Shown here: piece after piece, positions 20,748 to 30,681 of the stretch
Layout of the letters: each line of letters starts with the position of its first letter
How positions within the stretch are numbered: position 1 is the stretch's first letter
Source of the DNA: an uncultured virus (IMG/VR IMGVR_UViG_3300037993_000206)
Lineage: Duplodnaviria; Heunggongvirae; Uroviricota; Caudoviricetes
DNA length: 64,000 nt
Direction: 5' to 3' (one strand)
Virus record (IMG/VR): IMGVR_UViG_3300037993_000206
Translations under genes and position numbers: made by a program
Notes under the pieces: model-generated
Databases searched by the model: none
Seen by the model: only the letters and a program-made list of their open reading frames with translations
What the model was told of the DNA's origin: nothing

Positions 20748-21376
20748 TAAGGTGCGCCAAAAGCTTGTTTTACAGCGGTTGCATTTTGCATCGCTGAATA
20801 ACTAAAATACAAACTTACACTTACCATTATTATAATAACTACAAATGCAATATAAACTACCCCTTTATTTAGATGTGCCGCTAAAGCCTCAGTTAGTTTC
20901 TTTTCCATCGCTAACATAGAGGCTGAAACTTTCTTTAAGATTAATTCAAATTCACCATCTATCGCCGCAAAAACAGATTCGGGTGTAACTAAAGGTGCTA
21001 AAGGATGAGAAGTAACCGGCTCTGGATTTCCTTTTCTATAAAATACTGTATCAATTTGCACACATAACCATGTAATGCCAAACATCGGGTCGGACGGATA
21101 GCGAGTTTTCCATGTGTTCTCTTTATCATAATAATAATGCGGTTCGTTACCTAAATCATCTTTTATGGCTATCCAATTTTTAGAAGTTCCTTTGGTAATA
21201 ACTCTTATATCAGGGTCACCACCTTCAGGAAGAATATAGACTTTGATTTTACCTACTACATCTTTTTGATACTGATTATGTTTGACAAACATGAAGATTA
21301 CTACGAAAAGAGCGATGAAGAAAAACATACCAAAAAGGATTAGACCGCTTAACGCCATTGTGGACAAATCAACCAC
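20747..21376 (-). CDS. Membrane protein with N- and C-terminal TM helices
   Basis: Hydrophobicity; promoter-like TTGACA at 21432-21437. Confidence 0.7.
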   Translation of the reverse strand: MVDLSTMALSGLILFGMFFFIALFVVIFMFVKHNQYQKDVVGKIKVYILPEGGDPDIRVITKGTSKNWIAIKDDLGNEPHYYYDKENTWKTRYPSDPMFGITWLCVQIDTVFYRKGNPEPVTSHPLAPLVTPESVFAAIDGEFELILKKVSASMLAMEKKLTEALAAHLNKGVVYIAFVVIIIMVSVSLYFSYSAMQNATAVKQAFGAP

Positions 21377-21441
21377 CTCTCATGCTTCAAACTTATCCCT
21401 TAAACTTAAGGTTATCACATTAAGCGATGGTTGTCAATAAA

Positions 21442-22284
21442 TTAACCCCCAAACAAAGAATCACGCTTTTGACTTCTACGTGTTGGTTTTTTGGCGTACT
21501 TCTCCATTAAAGATCTAGTTTGTTTCGCATCTTCATCATCTTCATCCCCTTCACCTTCTGTATATAAGGCATTTGCTTTTGCAAGTTTATCTTTACGATT
21601 AATACTCATAGTCCATAATGTATGTATCCAGATAGGTAATGCCAAACCAAAGAAACAAATAAGAATTGTAGTCCATTGAGCAGTACCAAACCATGTGTAA
21701 TTTCCATTCATATAAACGCCTACAAAAATCCAACCCAAACCACTTATAAATTTCATAAAATCAAGTTTAAAAACATACCCTATAGTCGTTAATATTCCCG
21801 CAAATAAAATTAAAGATAGTAATATCAAAACATTAGTCTCCTCGGAACCTGATTGGGTAGAAGTTTGCCAAGTTCCATCTGCATTTTGTCCCCATATCCT
21901 ATAATAAATTGTAAAAGGTGTATCACTTGTATCCGATATAGTGGAACTATCATCAAAATCAAGATTTACATTCGTATCACTAGCTGATAAATCACTCCCA
22001 TAATAAACTAAATAACCATCACTAGGTGCTGTCAAAATATCGGGTATATTAGCCGGATACCTACCATATTTACCTCTTATCATTACATTATTAGTTCCAG
22101 CACCTTTATCCCAAGTCATATTTACTTGTTTATCTGATACTGGAATTATAGTAAAGTTAGAAACACCCCCACTTACAAGCGGTACAACATTAATCGTAAC
22201 ACTTGCTGATGTTCCAGCATACACAGGCATTACATAAAATAATGCCAATACACAAATTAAGATTATTGTACTTGCCCATTTCAC
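21442..22284 (-). CDS. Secreted FN3-like domain plus three C-terminal TM helices
   Basis: Signal peptide VYA; TM segments. Confidence 0.7.
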   Translation of the reverse strand: MKWASTIILICVLALFYVMPVYAGTSASVTINVVPLVSGGVSNFTIIPVSDKQVNMTWDKGAGTNNVMIRGKYGRYPANIPDILTAPSDGYLVYYGSDLSASDTNVNLDFDDSSTISDTSDTPFTIYYRIWGQNADGTWQTSTQSGSEETNVLILLSLILFAGILTTIGYVFKLDFMKFISGLGWIFVGVYMNGNYTWFGTAQWTTILICFFGLALPIWIHTLWTMSINRKDKLAKANALYTEGEGDEDDEDAKQTRSLMEKYAKKPTRRSQKRDSLFGG

Positions 22285-23093
22285 TTGCTAAACTCGCTCA
22301 TATCAATAATCCATCGGATTGCATTACGAGTAACCATATTACCTTGCGGTTGGTACTCACCATAAACTGAAAGAAACTGGAAATGTTTATCTGAAACCAA
22401 TAGACCCGTTTCAACTAACGTATTAACATCATTCTGCCAACTATTGGAGCTAATTTGTGATGTGGTATTTGTAATATTGGTAGCAAAGTTAGCCATAATT
22501 GCGTCTTGTTGTGAGGTTAAGTTATCCGATAAATAATCCTTTCCTTTATCAGTAATAGAATAGAATCTACTACCATCCGGCATTACAAATTGCATTAAAA
22601 CATCTTTACTTGATTTTCCATTTACTGAAAAAATGTAATCACTGTAACCATCGTATGTTACCCAATCACTTATATCTTTTGGAGTTTTGGCATAAGTATC
22701 ATCAATCGAATTATAAGATTCTGTTGTTAAATGAAATTGTCTTAAAATATCTTGCCCATTGTGAACCTTAATAGCATATGTACAAACCAATCCTAACCTG
22801 TAATCAGAATATTCAATTTTGGCAGGATAGACCCAATCCGAATTATCCAACACTGTTGCAGTATCTAATTGAGATTGATATTGTTGAATTTGCTGATTAA
22901 GTTTATCAATCGTATCACTACTAGTCTGATTATCAGATTGTGCTTGTGATAGTTGAGTTTGTAAAGATTGAATCTGGTTATTCAAATCATCCACATTATA
23001 GGTAGGCATAGGCGGCGGGTCGTTAGAAACTGTACAAGCACTAACCAATAGTCCTAAAACTATGACAGATATTGCTATTAATATTAACTTCAT
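22281..23093 (-). CDS. Lipoprotein with coiled coil
   Basis: Lipobox LVSAC; Gln-rich heptads. Confidence 0.7.
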   Translation of the reverse strand: MKLILIAISVIVLGLLVSACTVSNDPPPMPTYNVDDLNNQIQSLQTQLSQAQSDNQTSSDTIDKLNQQIQQYQSQLDTATVLDNSDWVYPAKIEYSDYRLGLVCTYAIKVHNGQDILRQFHLTTESYNSIDDTYAKTPKDISDWVTYDGYSDYIFSVNGKSSKDVLMQFVMPDGSRFYSITDKGKDYLSDNLTSQQDAIMANFATNITNTTSQISSNSWQNDVNTLVETGLLVSDKHFQFLSVYGEYQPQGNMVTRNAIRWIIDMSEFSK

Positions 23094-23116
23094 TCTGATT
23101 TTCTTCCTTTAATATT

Positions 23117-23713
23117 TTAATGAGCAGTAGCAGTAATTGTTAAGGTATAAGATGAACCAGTACCACCAGTCCATGCACCTGTCTGAGTAGAGAACTGGAA
23201 ACCTACTTTAATATTAGTAGTTGCTCCTAAGTTAGAACTAAAATTTGCAAGTGTACTTGCAGAGCTTTTTAGTAATACTTTACTAGCAAATGTTTCTCCT
23301 GAATAGTACGCATACGCACTATAACTTGAGGCTCCGGCTGTTGCACCATTAACATTGGTCATTGGGTTACTACCACCGGAACCATCGCTCATATTCCCTG
23401 TTAAATCCGTTGAAATGCTTGATGTATTAGTAATACTGAATTGACAATCGGCATCAGCAACAGTTGAACCAGGAGCAACTGTATCTGCATGGCCTGATGC
23501 TTGTGTATAATAAGTGGTGTTAATTGCTAATGCACTATTACCCCCATCGTGACTATTTATTGTATAAGTAGTTGGCGTAATAGTAATAGCAATATAGGCC
23601 GGTGTTGCGGTCACTGTTACCGTAGCTGTAGTAGCTGCAAAAGACGGAATTACAAATAAAAGAACTAACGCAAATGCAAGCCCAAAAGAGATTAGAATTC
23701 TAATTTTATTCAT
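23117..23713 (-). CDS. Secreted beta-rich structural protein
   Basis: Signal peptide; ATVTVTATP start and LTITAT end; similar to C-terminal domain of 23736-24785. Confidence 0.7.
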   Translation of the reverse strand: MNKIRILISFGLAFALVLLFVIPSFAATTATVTVTATPAYIAITITPTTYTINSHDGGNSALAINTTYYTQASGHADTVAPGSTVADADCQFSITNTSSISTDLTGNMSDGSGGSNPMTNVNGATAGASSYSAYAYYSGETFASKVLLKSSASTLANFSSNLGATTNIKVGFQFSTQTGAWTGGTGSSYTLTITATAH

Positions 23714-23735
23714 CTTAATTACTCCTACTATATTA

Positions 23736-24785
23736 TTACGGCGAAACGCCTGTCAAAGTTAGTGTACTCGTTTTGGTAACACTATCTGAAAAAGTCCCTG
23801 TCTGTCTTTCTAAATCCCACTTTTTAGTTCCACTTGCCGCTAGACTAGCTATTAATGATTGGTTGCTTGTCATTAATACGACACCACTAGCGGGATCTAC
23901 ACCTGATACTACAGCAATATCTTTAATAATATCAGTTCCTACAGAACTTGATAGTGTCCATCCTACTCCACCAGTAGGATTGGTTTCATTAATCTCTATT
24001 TGAACTGGGTTATTTGAATCACCATTAGTAACTGTAAAATAACATTGTGCATCTGTCACTGGATTACTATAAGCACCACCACCTGAATAATATGTACTAT
24101 TGGAATTTACAGTTCCAAACCCAAAGGAAGATGAACTATTAGTAATGGTAAAGGTAGGCGCATTATAAGTAACTATTATGTACAACCAGTCACAATATGT
24201 TACTGAAGTACCAGGAGTACAATATAAAGTAATACCAGCTTCAAGATTATCAATATCAGTCCATGACCAACTTCCTCCACCTGGTCTTCCAAGAACTGCA
24301 CTATATAAAACATATGAAGTAGTTAAAGCAGGATAAGAAGCATCGTCTACATTTGTAGTACCTAATCTTAATCTTTGAGCAATAGTTGATGAGCCAGTAC
24401 CAGTCTTTTTACAGTTTGCATATACAGTAACAGAAATAATTGAACCTAGTTGAGAAGAATGGTTTGCCATAGCATAAGTATCAATCTTGCCATTTGCAGA
24501 AGCATATACGTAACCTGGCCCTTCAGTAGAACCATTTACTCTTGCATAGTTAGAACCAGAATCAGGAGTACATTGAGTATATGTACCTGCTCCATTAGGT
24601 CTTAAAGTTAAAGTAGATGAAGCATAGACATTATTAGGTTCAAGTGATATAGAGACAAAACCACCACTAGTATTTATATGCACAGTATAATCAAACCATA
24701 CAAATATACTTACTGCTATAACAATGGCAGATGCTACTACTCCTAGTGCTTTAAATACCTTAGATTTCATTAATACCACCACCAA
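23736..24785 (-). CDS. Secreted structural protein (LRPNGAG-type beta domain plus paralogous C-terminal domain)
   Basis: N-terminal TM; CxFTVTN shared with previous gene (CQFSITN). Confidence 0.7.
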   Translation of the reverse strand: MVVVLMKSKVFKALGVVASAIVIAVSIFVWFDYTVHINTSGGFVSISLEPNNVYASSTLTLRPNGAGTYTQCTPDSGSNYARVNGSTEGPGYVYASANGKIDTYAMANHSSQLGSIISVTVYANCKKTGTGSSTIAQRLRLGTTNVDDASYPALTTSYVLYSAVLGRPGGGSWSWTDIDNLEAGITLYCTPGTSVTYCDWLYIIVTYNAPTFTITNSSSSFGFGTVNSNSTYYSGGGAYSNPVTDAQCYFTVTNGDSNNPVQIEINETNPTGGVGWTLSSSVGTDIIKDIAVVSGVDPASGVVLMTSNQSLIASLAASGTKKWDLERQTGTFSDSVTKTSTLTLTGVSP

Positions 24786-24853
24786 TCTTTAGAACAATAC
24801 CAATCAGAATAAACGGTAATAGTTTTTAAATATTCTCATAGGCTAAAAACCTT

Positions 24854-25345
24854 TTACTTACTAATCATATTTTCAATAGTAACTATATCTGATACTGAGA
24901 TTTTACCATCCCGATTAGCGTCACAACCTTGCGTTGCAGGTTTTAATCCTAAAATTACATCTTCAACATAAGTTACATCTCTTTGGTCTACAATATCGTT
25001 TCCGTCTGCATCACCATAGATAGGTTCTAGTCCTAAGATTTGTCGCTCAATCCAGACTACTTGCCCCATATCAATTTCAGAACCTCTAGGATTTGCATAG
25101 CAACCAGAGGTAGGTGGGTCTAAACCTAAGGTTACTCTTTCAACATAAGTTATATCCGCAACATTAACCGCATGGTCGCCGTTAGCATCCCCTAAAATTG
25201 GTACGTGTGAACTGACAGTAGTATTTAAAGTAGTGTTATCTGTTTGATTATCTGAAACAGGGTTAGCGATTGCGCCAACCGTACACCAAATAACCAAAAA
25301 CACTACCAAAATCGCTCCGCCAAAAATAAGAACTAGTTTTTTCAT
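24854..25345 (-). CDS. Secreted protein with tandem dockerin-like (EF-hand) domains
   Basis: GDANGD..VN..DITYVER..LG and GDADGN..VD..DVTYVE..ILG repeats. Confidence 0.8.
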   Translation of the reverse strand: MKKLVLIFGGAILVVFLVIWCTVGAIANPVSDNQTDNTTLNTTVSSHVPILGDANGDHAVNVADITYVERVTLGLDPPTSGCYANPRGSEIDMGQVVWIERQILGLEPIYGDADGNDIVDQRDVTYVEDVILGLKPATQGCDANRDGKISVSDIVTIENMISK

Positions 25346-25358
25346 TATCCTTACCCTC

Positions 25359-25874
25359 TTAATTTATTTTTCTAAGCATCTGACTATCTTTTTCTTTTCT
25401 GACTAAGGCTTTACTTCGTCTTTTTGCCTCAAACGAATGATGTAATTTCCCTGTATCATAAATATAGTTCTTAGCTCTATTATAAACTGACGGTTCACGA
25501 TTAACAATATAGTCTTTATCAAGTTCTTCCTTAATAAACTTATCTAAATCATAACCTGATTTTCGGGCTTTTAATTCTGCCTTATCAGCTTGATTGTAGG
25601 CATCTTCGTACTCCAAACCTTTAAGAATATGACGGATGATAATTAGCTGCCGGTAAAGTGAAAGTTTAATTAAATCCCTATCGAATTTACAATCCGAATT
25701 TAGCCAGATTTCACAGTAAGGTTTAGAAGGAATAAACTCATGTGTTAAGTAGTTTCCCATACCAGTCCAAACAACATTATATTTTTGTCCGACTTCAACC
25801 GGACTAACAAGAAACACTTTTAAGTTAGCCCGTTTATATTCTGGAAGTTCTGTTTTAATTAATGAGTTAGGCAT
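25359..25874 (-). CDS. Hypothetical protein
   Basis: ORF track; GGGGTG SD. Confidence 0.6.
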   Translation of the reverse strand: MPNSLIKTELPEYKRANLKVFLVSPVEVGQKYNVVWTGMGNYLTHEFIPSKPYCEIWLNSDCKFDRDLIKLSLYRQLIIIRHILKGLEYEDAYNQADKAELKARKSGYDLDKFIKEELDKDYIVNREPSVYNRAKNYIYDTGKLHHSFEAKRRSKALVRKEKDSQMLRKIN

Positions 25875-25891
25875 TTAATTTCACCCCACTT

Positions 25892-26257
25892 CTAACCATC
25901 AAACACATTAGGGTCACGCTGTTTTTTATTCGCTACTTTATGCCCAATTTTGTAAGCTCTCTTAACAGAATACCCCTTTTTAATAAGAGGCTTCATAGTA
26001 TCCATTTCCACAATTTCATGCCTCACATCCATAACTTTCCGTTTTAAAGTCTTACAATGTTTGGGGTCATAACCGATTGAACCTTTAACCTCAAAACCTA
26101 CAATTTCAGAGACAAGGGGATGATTTGCCCGATATTTTGTAGGCGTTAATCTTTTATCTTTGCGTATTTTTAAACCCCGTTTATGCGCTTCTTTTTTTAG
26201 AACTTCAAACTGTTTTTTAAGTGTCATTAAAGTTCCCCCTAGATAAATTCTTTCCAC
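25892..26257 (-). CDS. Basic protein with HExxE motif (start probably MTLKK)
   Basis: RHEIVE; similar to GHEKYE in 51065-51394. Confidence 0.6.
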   Translation of the reverse strand: MERIYLGGTLMTLKKQFEVLKKEAHKRGLKIRKDKRLTPTKYRANHPLVSEIVGFEVKGSIGYDPKHCKTLKRKVMDVRHEIVEMDTMKPLIKKGYSVKRAYKIGHKVANKKQRDPNVFDG

Positions 26258-26655
26258 TCCTCGGCTGAATTATTAGACTTCCATCCATCATCTTCATCAT
26301 CTTTATGTTTCTTTGGTTCTTTAGTTTTATTAGTTTTAAATTGTGACCGAACCATTCTAACAGTAGCTTCATCTAATGAATGGGAAGTTTCAAGAATTTT
26401 ACTTTTAATTTTTCGCACAGCACTTGATAAATCCCTTGTGTCCAAACAAATTACTTGACCGTTTTCGTTTGGTGCATATTGATATAAGTAGTCCCGACTT
26501 TCCTGCTCTGTCAACTTGTAGCCCAAAACTGTGGGTCGTCCATCTCGTATAACATACATCCAATAATACCAGCCACGCCCACCACCTTGTGAACGATATT
26601 TATCATTCATTCTATCCAGTTCTTCTTTTTGTTTAGCATAACCCGCATCAAACAT
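26239..26655 (-). CDS. Hypothetical protein
   Basis: GAGGT SD; ORF track. Confidence 0.65.
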   Translation of the reverse strand: MFDAGYAKQKEELDRMNDKYRSQGGGRGWYYWMYVIRDGRPTVLGYKLTEQESRDYLYQYAPNENGQVICLDTRDLSSAVRKIKSKILETSHSLDEATVRMVRSQFKTNKTKEPKKHKDDEDDGWKSNNSAEEWKEFI

Positions 26656-26665
26656 TATTAAACCT

Positions 26666-27208
26666 CTAAGTAATTTTACCTATTAATCCACTAGCAACCC
26701 AAACCAAAGCGATAGCTAATGAGATAACAATACCGCAAGTAATTGCAAACCAAAGATATGAAATAAATGCAAACACCCCTGTAAAGGGAAGTCCTTGTCT
26801 GACAATATTAGGAATAGCAGTAGTAAAGAATTTTATTGGCACTACTACGACTGAGAATAAACCGACAGTGGAAGAAACTGCACCAATATTAAAGTTTAGT
26901 GTGTCGTTTATGATTGATGTTTCTTGTGAATAAACCATTGAACCACTGGCATGAGCCTGTCCGTTACTTCTAACACAACCCGTAAATGAGTTTGATGTTA
27001 ATCCAGAATAGGCAATTTGTTCTCCACCTATAATAATGTAATCTGCACTTAAAAATCCGACTGTATTTTGGACTGGAATAACCGTATCTGTTGCCCCTAT
27101 ATTGGAAGTTAAGATGGTAGAGTTGACTCCACCACCACCATTCATTGTAGCGATAAGAATTGACAGTATCACATATACAAAAATTATTCCACCAATCATT
27201 TTAGACAT
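26666..27208 (-). CDS. Membrane-anchored virion-type protein with small beta domain
   Basis: I.V.NT.GF....I.IGGEQIAY....FTGC.R motif common in virion proteins; TM ends. Confidence 0.65.
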   Translation of the reverse strand: MSKMIGGIIFVYVILSILIATMNGGGGVNSTILTSNIGATDTVIPVQNTVGFLSADYIIIGGEQIAYSGLTSNSFTGCVRSNGQAHASGSMVYSQETSIINDTLNFNIGAVSSTVGLFSVVVVPIKFFTTAIPNIVRQGLPFTGVFAFISYLWFAITCGIVISLAIALVWVASGLIGKIT

Positions 27209-27236
27209 ACTATATTATCCTATATTATGTAATAAT

Positions 27237-29348
27237 CTACAAGGCTGGCTTGCGCTCAAATAATATAATCGCTACACATATAATTGCGCTTATTATAACA
27301 AAAAACAATTCGTAAATTCCTAACTTGTAGAGAAAACTCTCACCAATTAATAAAACTACCGACCCGATTAACTGATTATTGGTATGTTTCATCACAAACA
27401 CAACGGCGGCAATTAAAAATGCAGTTGAAATGAAAAGTAGGAAAATCAAAACTGGAATATTGGTTAAATCTGCCCACGGCTGGAAATAAGGTGTAAATAA
27501 GTTAGTTTGAACCATAGCGTTATCGTTTCCAGTTAAAGCACCGTTTCCTGATGTATTAACTTGAACCATATCATTATTAGAACCTGACACTGTAGCAGTT
27601 GCTAACCCACTATTATTAGAGTTTACTAATGAAGAAACAGATAACGCTACACCCGCAGGGTTAGTTCCCCATGTTGGGATACCGATATTATCATAACCAT
27701 CTTGGTCTTGAATACCAGGGACGATATTATAAGTTGAAGTTTGAGTAGCAGGGGCATAAACTCTATCTAATGTTAAATGCGTAGCATCTGTAAAACCTTG
27801 AATTTGATAATAAGCGGTATCGCCAGTTGGTTTAATGAGACTACCCAACATTGAATATGTAAAAGTCGTGCCAATTCCTAATAGTGATTTACTAGATTGC
27901 GTGAAAGTTGCCGTACCACTTGAAGTTGAATTACCCAACATAAATGTAGGTTGATATTTTAAAACCTCAGTCCCACTTAATGTTTCTTTATAAGAATTAA
28001 AATATGGGGAAGGGATTAATACCCATGAATTTGTGTTAGTTATCGTTATTCCTAAAGGCATGTTGGCATAATATGGAATACCATCTATAGTAGTAACTAA
28101 AAACAGACTACTTCCACTTGCAATTATGGCTTCAACTGCGTCTATATCCCCTACTGAAATTTGACCATCTTGATTTACATCATCTTTGGATAAATCAGGT
28201 GGGTCTATTCCTAAGATTACGTATTCAATAGCCGTTACATCAAGTGAGTTTACAAAACCATCCCTATTAACATCGCCGTTGAATGTCTTTATTGCAACAT
28301 TAATATCGTGTTGTCCAGAAGTAATAGGTTTTAATATTCTCGTTGTACCATAACCGTATAACTGGTCGCCAATTATAAACGCACAATAACTAACTGGACT
28401 ACTGAATATAGTCCATGTTGAACCACCGTTGGTAGACTGATTTAAAGAACCACCCGAATAGGTTTGGACATTACCAATTCCCCAATGTAATTGTGCGCCA
28501 ATAACAGCACTAGGCGCACTTACCACGATTGCATATTGAGTAGTGGATGATAAAGCCACACTAGGACTTAAAGGAATTTGTACCCATGTTACAGATGCTG
28601 GAATATTCGCATTTAATAAAGTACCAGAGGTTAAAATAGTCGAAGTTGGATGATGTGAACCATCAACCGTATTTATTGTTACATTCACATTACCCGTAAT
28701 AGTGCCGTATAAATCTAGTGTCACATATGAGGGAGAAAAAGAACTTGTAGTTGTAAATGTTTCTGCACCCCAATTTGTGCCAGACATGGCATCGTCACCA
28801 GTTAGTGCGTCTCCCCCAACAGATGTTATTAAATATCCGTTATTTACTGGGGCAATATTTAAAACACCACTCTTACTGACTAATGGATAAATCGTGTTTC
28901 CACTTGTAGTAGTAGGTACATTCCCATTAACATCGACTGAAAAACTACCAGTAGGTTCAATTGAGGCATTATACGGAATAGTAATATATCCACCATACCC
29001 CATAACAATAGGCATAGACGCTAAAGGTGTATTCCCTACAGTTAAATTAGCAGAAGTCGTTTGACTAGCCGCAACATCAATAGCTAAGTTAGTTCTATCA
29101 CTGACTACAGATAAAGGTACATTTATTCCACTTCCTGATTGTGCCAATATATCCAATCCACCGAAAGTTGAATACCCATTTTGAACCATGTAGGCATTAT
29201 CATTAGTCAATGAAAAAGACTTACCAGTATAGGCATTACCATTAGATTCTACGATTGAAACTGTCGTGGAATATGTATACGCCATTATTGGTATCACTAC
29301 CAACATAATCACTAGAACTGCTAAGAATATCGCTTTTACGTACTTCAT
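27237..29348 (-). CDS. Large secreted and membrane-anchored structural protein with inserted dockerin-like domain
   Basis: Signal peptide; GDVNRDGFVNSLDV...DDVNQDGQISVGDI; three C-terminal TMs. Confidence 0.75.
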   Translation of the reverse strand: MKYVKAIFLAVLVIMLVVIPIMAYTYSTTVSIVESNGNAYTGKSFSLTNDNAYMVQNGYSTFGGLDILAQSGSGINVPLSVVSDRTNLAIDVAASQTTSANLTVGNTPLASMPIVMGYGGYITIPYNASIEPTGSFSVDVNGNVPTTTSGNTIYPLVSKSGVLNIAPVNNGYLITSVGGDALTGDDAMSGTNWGAETFTTTSSFSPSYVTLDLYGTITGNVNVTINTVDGSHHPTSTILTSGTLLNANIPASVTWVQIPLSPSVALSSTTQYAIVVSAPSAVIGAQLHWGIGNVQTYSGGSLNQSTNGGSTWTIFSSPVSYCAFIIGDQLYGYGTTRILKPITSGQHDINVAIKTFNGDVNRDGFVNSLDVTAIEYVILGIDPPDLSKDDVNQDGQISVGDIDAVEAIIASGSSLFLVTTIDGIPYYANMPLGITITNTNSWVLIPSPYFNSYKETLSGTEVLKYQPTFMLGNSTSSGTATFTQSSKSLLGIGTTFTYSMLGSLIKPTGDTAYYQIQGFTDATHLTLDRVYAPATQTSTYNIVPGIQDQDGYDNIGIPTWGTNPAGVALSVSSLVNSNNSGLATATVSGSNNDMVQVNTSGNGALTGNDNAMVQTNLFTPYFQPWADLTNIPVLIFLLFISTAFLIAAVVFVMKHTNNQLIGSVVLLIGESFLYKLGIYELFFVIISAIICVAIILFERKPAL

Positions 29349-29394
29349 AAATCACCTTTAATTATAACATTAGCCTATGCTAAATGCAAATATC

Positions 29395-30681
29395 TTATTG
29401 GATTGATGGGTTATAGAATATTGTCCAAAATAATAGAATAGTAGCGAATATTGCTAAACCTATGGTAAAGCCCAATGGAAGCCAACCTATTCTCGTAAAA
29501 CAATATAGTAATGGCAAACATATTAATATTAAAGGTCTATAAGAATTAGCCGCACCTGCACCGTGCATCATTACGAACACACAAATTCCAGCCACGACCA
29601 ATACACCGAATACAGTTTCACTAACATGCAAGGCTTTAGCCGGAGCGACAAGAGATAATGGAGACACAGACCCAGTTGATGCGGGGCTAGGCGCATAAAT
29701 TATCAGATAGTTAGCAGTCGGGTTACTTACTGGAACATAGTTTGAAGTCAGTGTTATGATTTGGTCTGGAACATCTACTGATTTAATCGTTGAAAAAGCA
29801 TATTCGTTAGTATCTTGAATCAAACCACCTGTCATTTGAGAAGTCCATGATGTTCCTGTTCCAGTTACGGTATTAGTTCCTTGCACAAATGCCGCCGTTC
29901 CAGTTGAATAATTAGTCCCTTGAACATCATTGGCAATCGAATCTGCATACTTATTGGGTGTTGCCATTGGAGTTATTAAATCCATTTGTTGTGAAGAAGT
30001 TTGTAAAGCATTAGGTACGAGCGCATCTAGTCCTGATATTACCCCTGCAAAATAAGACTCTCCTACTGAGGTCAATTTAGGCCCATTGGTTGCCGTATTT
30101 GTATATAAGGTATAGTTGGTTAAACTATTCCATGCGTTTTGAATAGATTGTGCTTCTGCTAAGATATAATTTGTGAGCAAAATTTGATTTGCCCCTACAG
30201 TTGTTGATGCATTTGTCCATTGAAAACTTAAACTCCCAACAGCAGGCGCAGAAGGGATTGAACCACTCCAACTTGCTGTCGGGTTTCCGTCTAACCGCAT
30301 GATATAATTGACATTATTCCATGTAATTCCTAAATTAGTTACATCGGATGCTGAAAAATAAATCCAGACCAGACCTTTATTAAACCCATTATCAAAAAAT
30401 GAATAAGGTGAAGCACTCCGTAATTCAGTAGTGCCATTCATTAACCTTACATTATATGTAGTCGTTACTGTTTCAGTAGGTGGAGAAGTATAAGTTATGG
30501 TGTAATCAACCGCAAAAGCCATATCGCCAACTTGAAGGTTATTCTCAAAAGGTGTTACTGAATTGATAAGTAAAATTGTAGGAGTAGAACTTATGGCATA
30601 GACTGGAATACAACAACACGCCAAAAGGCCAATAATTGAAATGAAAAGAATTAATCTAAGTATCTTCATCTTTTTACCCAC
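29395..30681 (-). CDS. Secreted protein with C-terminal TM helices
   Basis: Signal peptide; GT..VTGTGT.W segment shared with 27237-29348; TMs. Confidence 0.75.
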   Translation of the reverse strand: MGKKMKILRLILFISIIGLLACCCIPVYAISSTPTILLINSVTPFENNLQVGDMAFAVDYTITYTSPPTETVTTTYNVRLMNGTTELRSASPYSFFDNGFNKGLVWIYFSASDVTNLGITWNNVNYIMRLDGNPTASWSGSIPSAPAVGSLSFQWTNASTTVGANQILLTNYILAEAQSIQNAWNSLTNYTLYTNTATNGPKLTSVGESYFAGVISGLDALVPNALQTSSQQMDLITPMATPNKYADSIANDVQGTNYSTGTAAFVQGTNTVTGTGTSWTSQMTGGLIQDTNEYAFSTIKSVDVPDQIITLTSNYVPVSNPTANYLIIYAPSPASTGSVSPLSLVAPAKALHVSETVFGVLVVAGICVFVMMHGAGAANSYRPLILICLPLLYCFTRIGWLPLGFTIGLAIFATILLFWTIFYNPSIQ

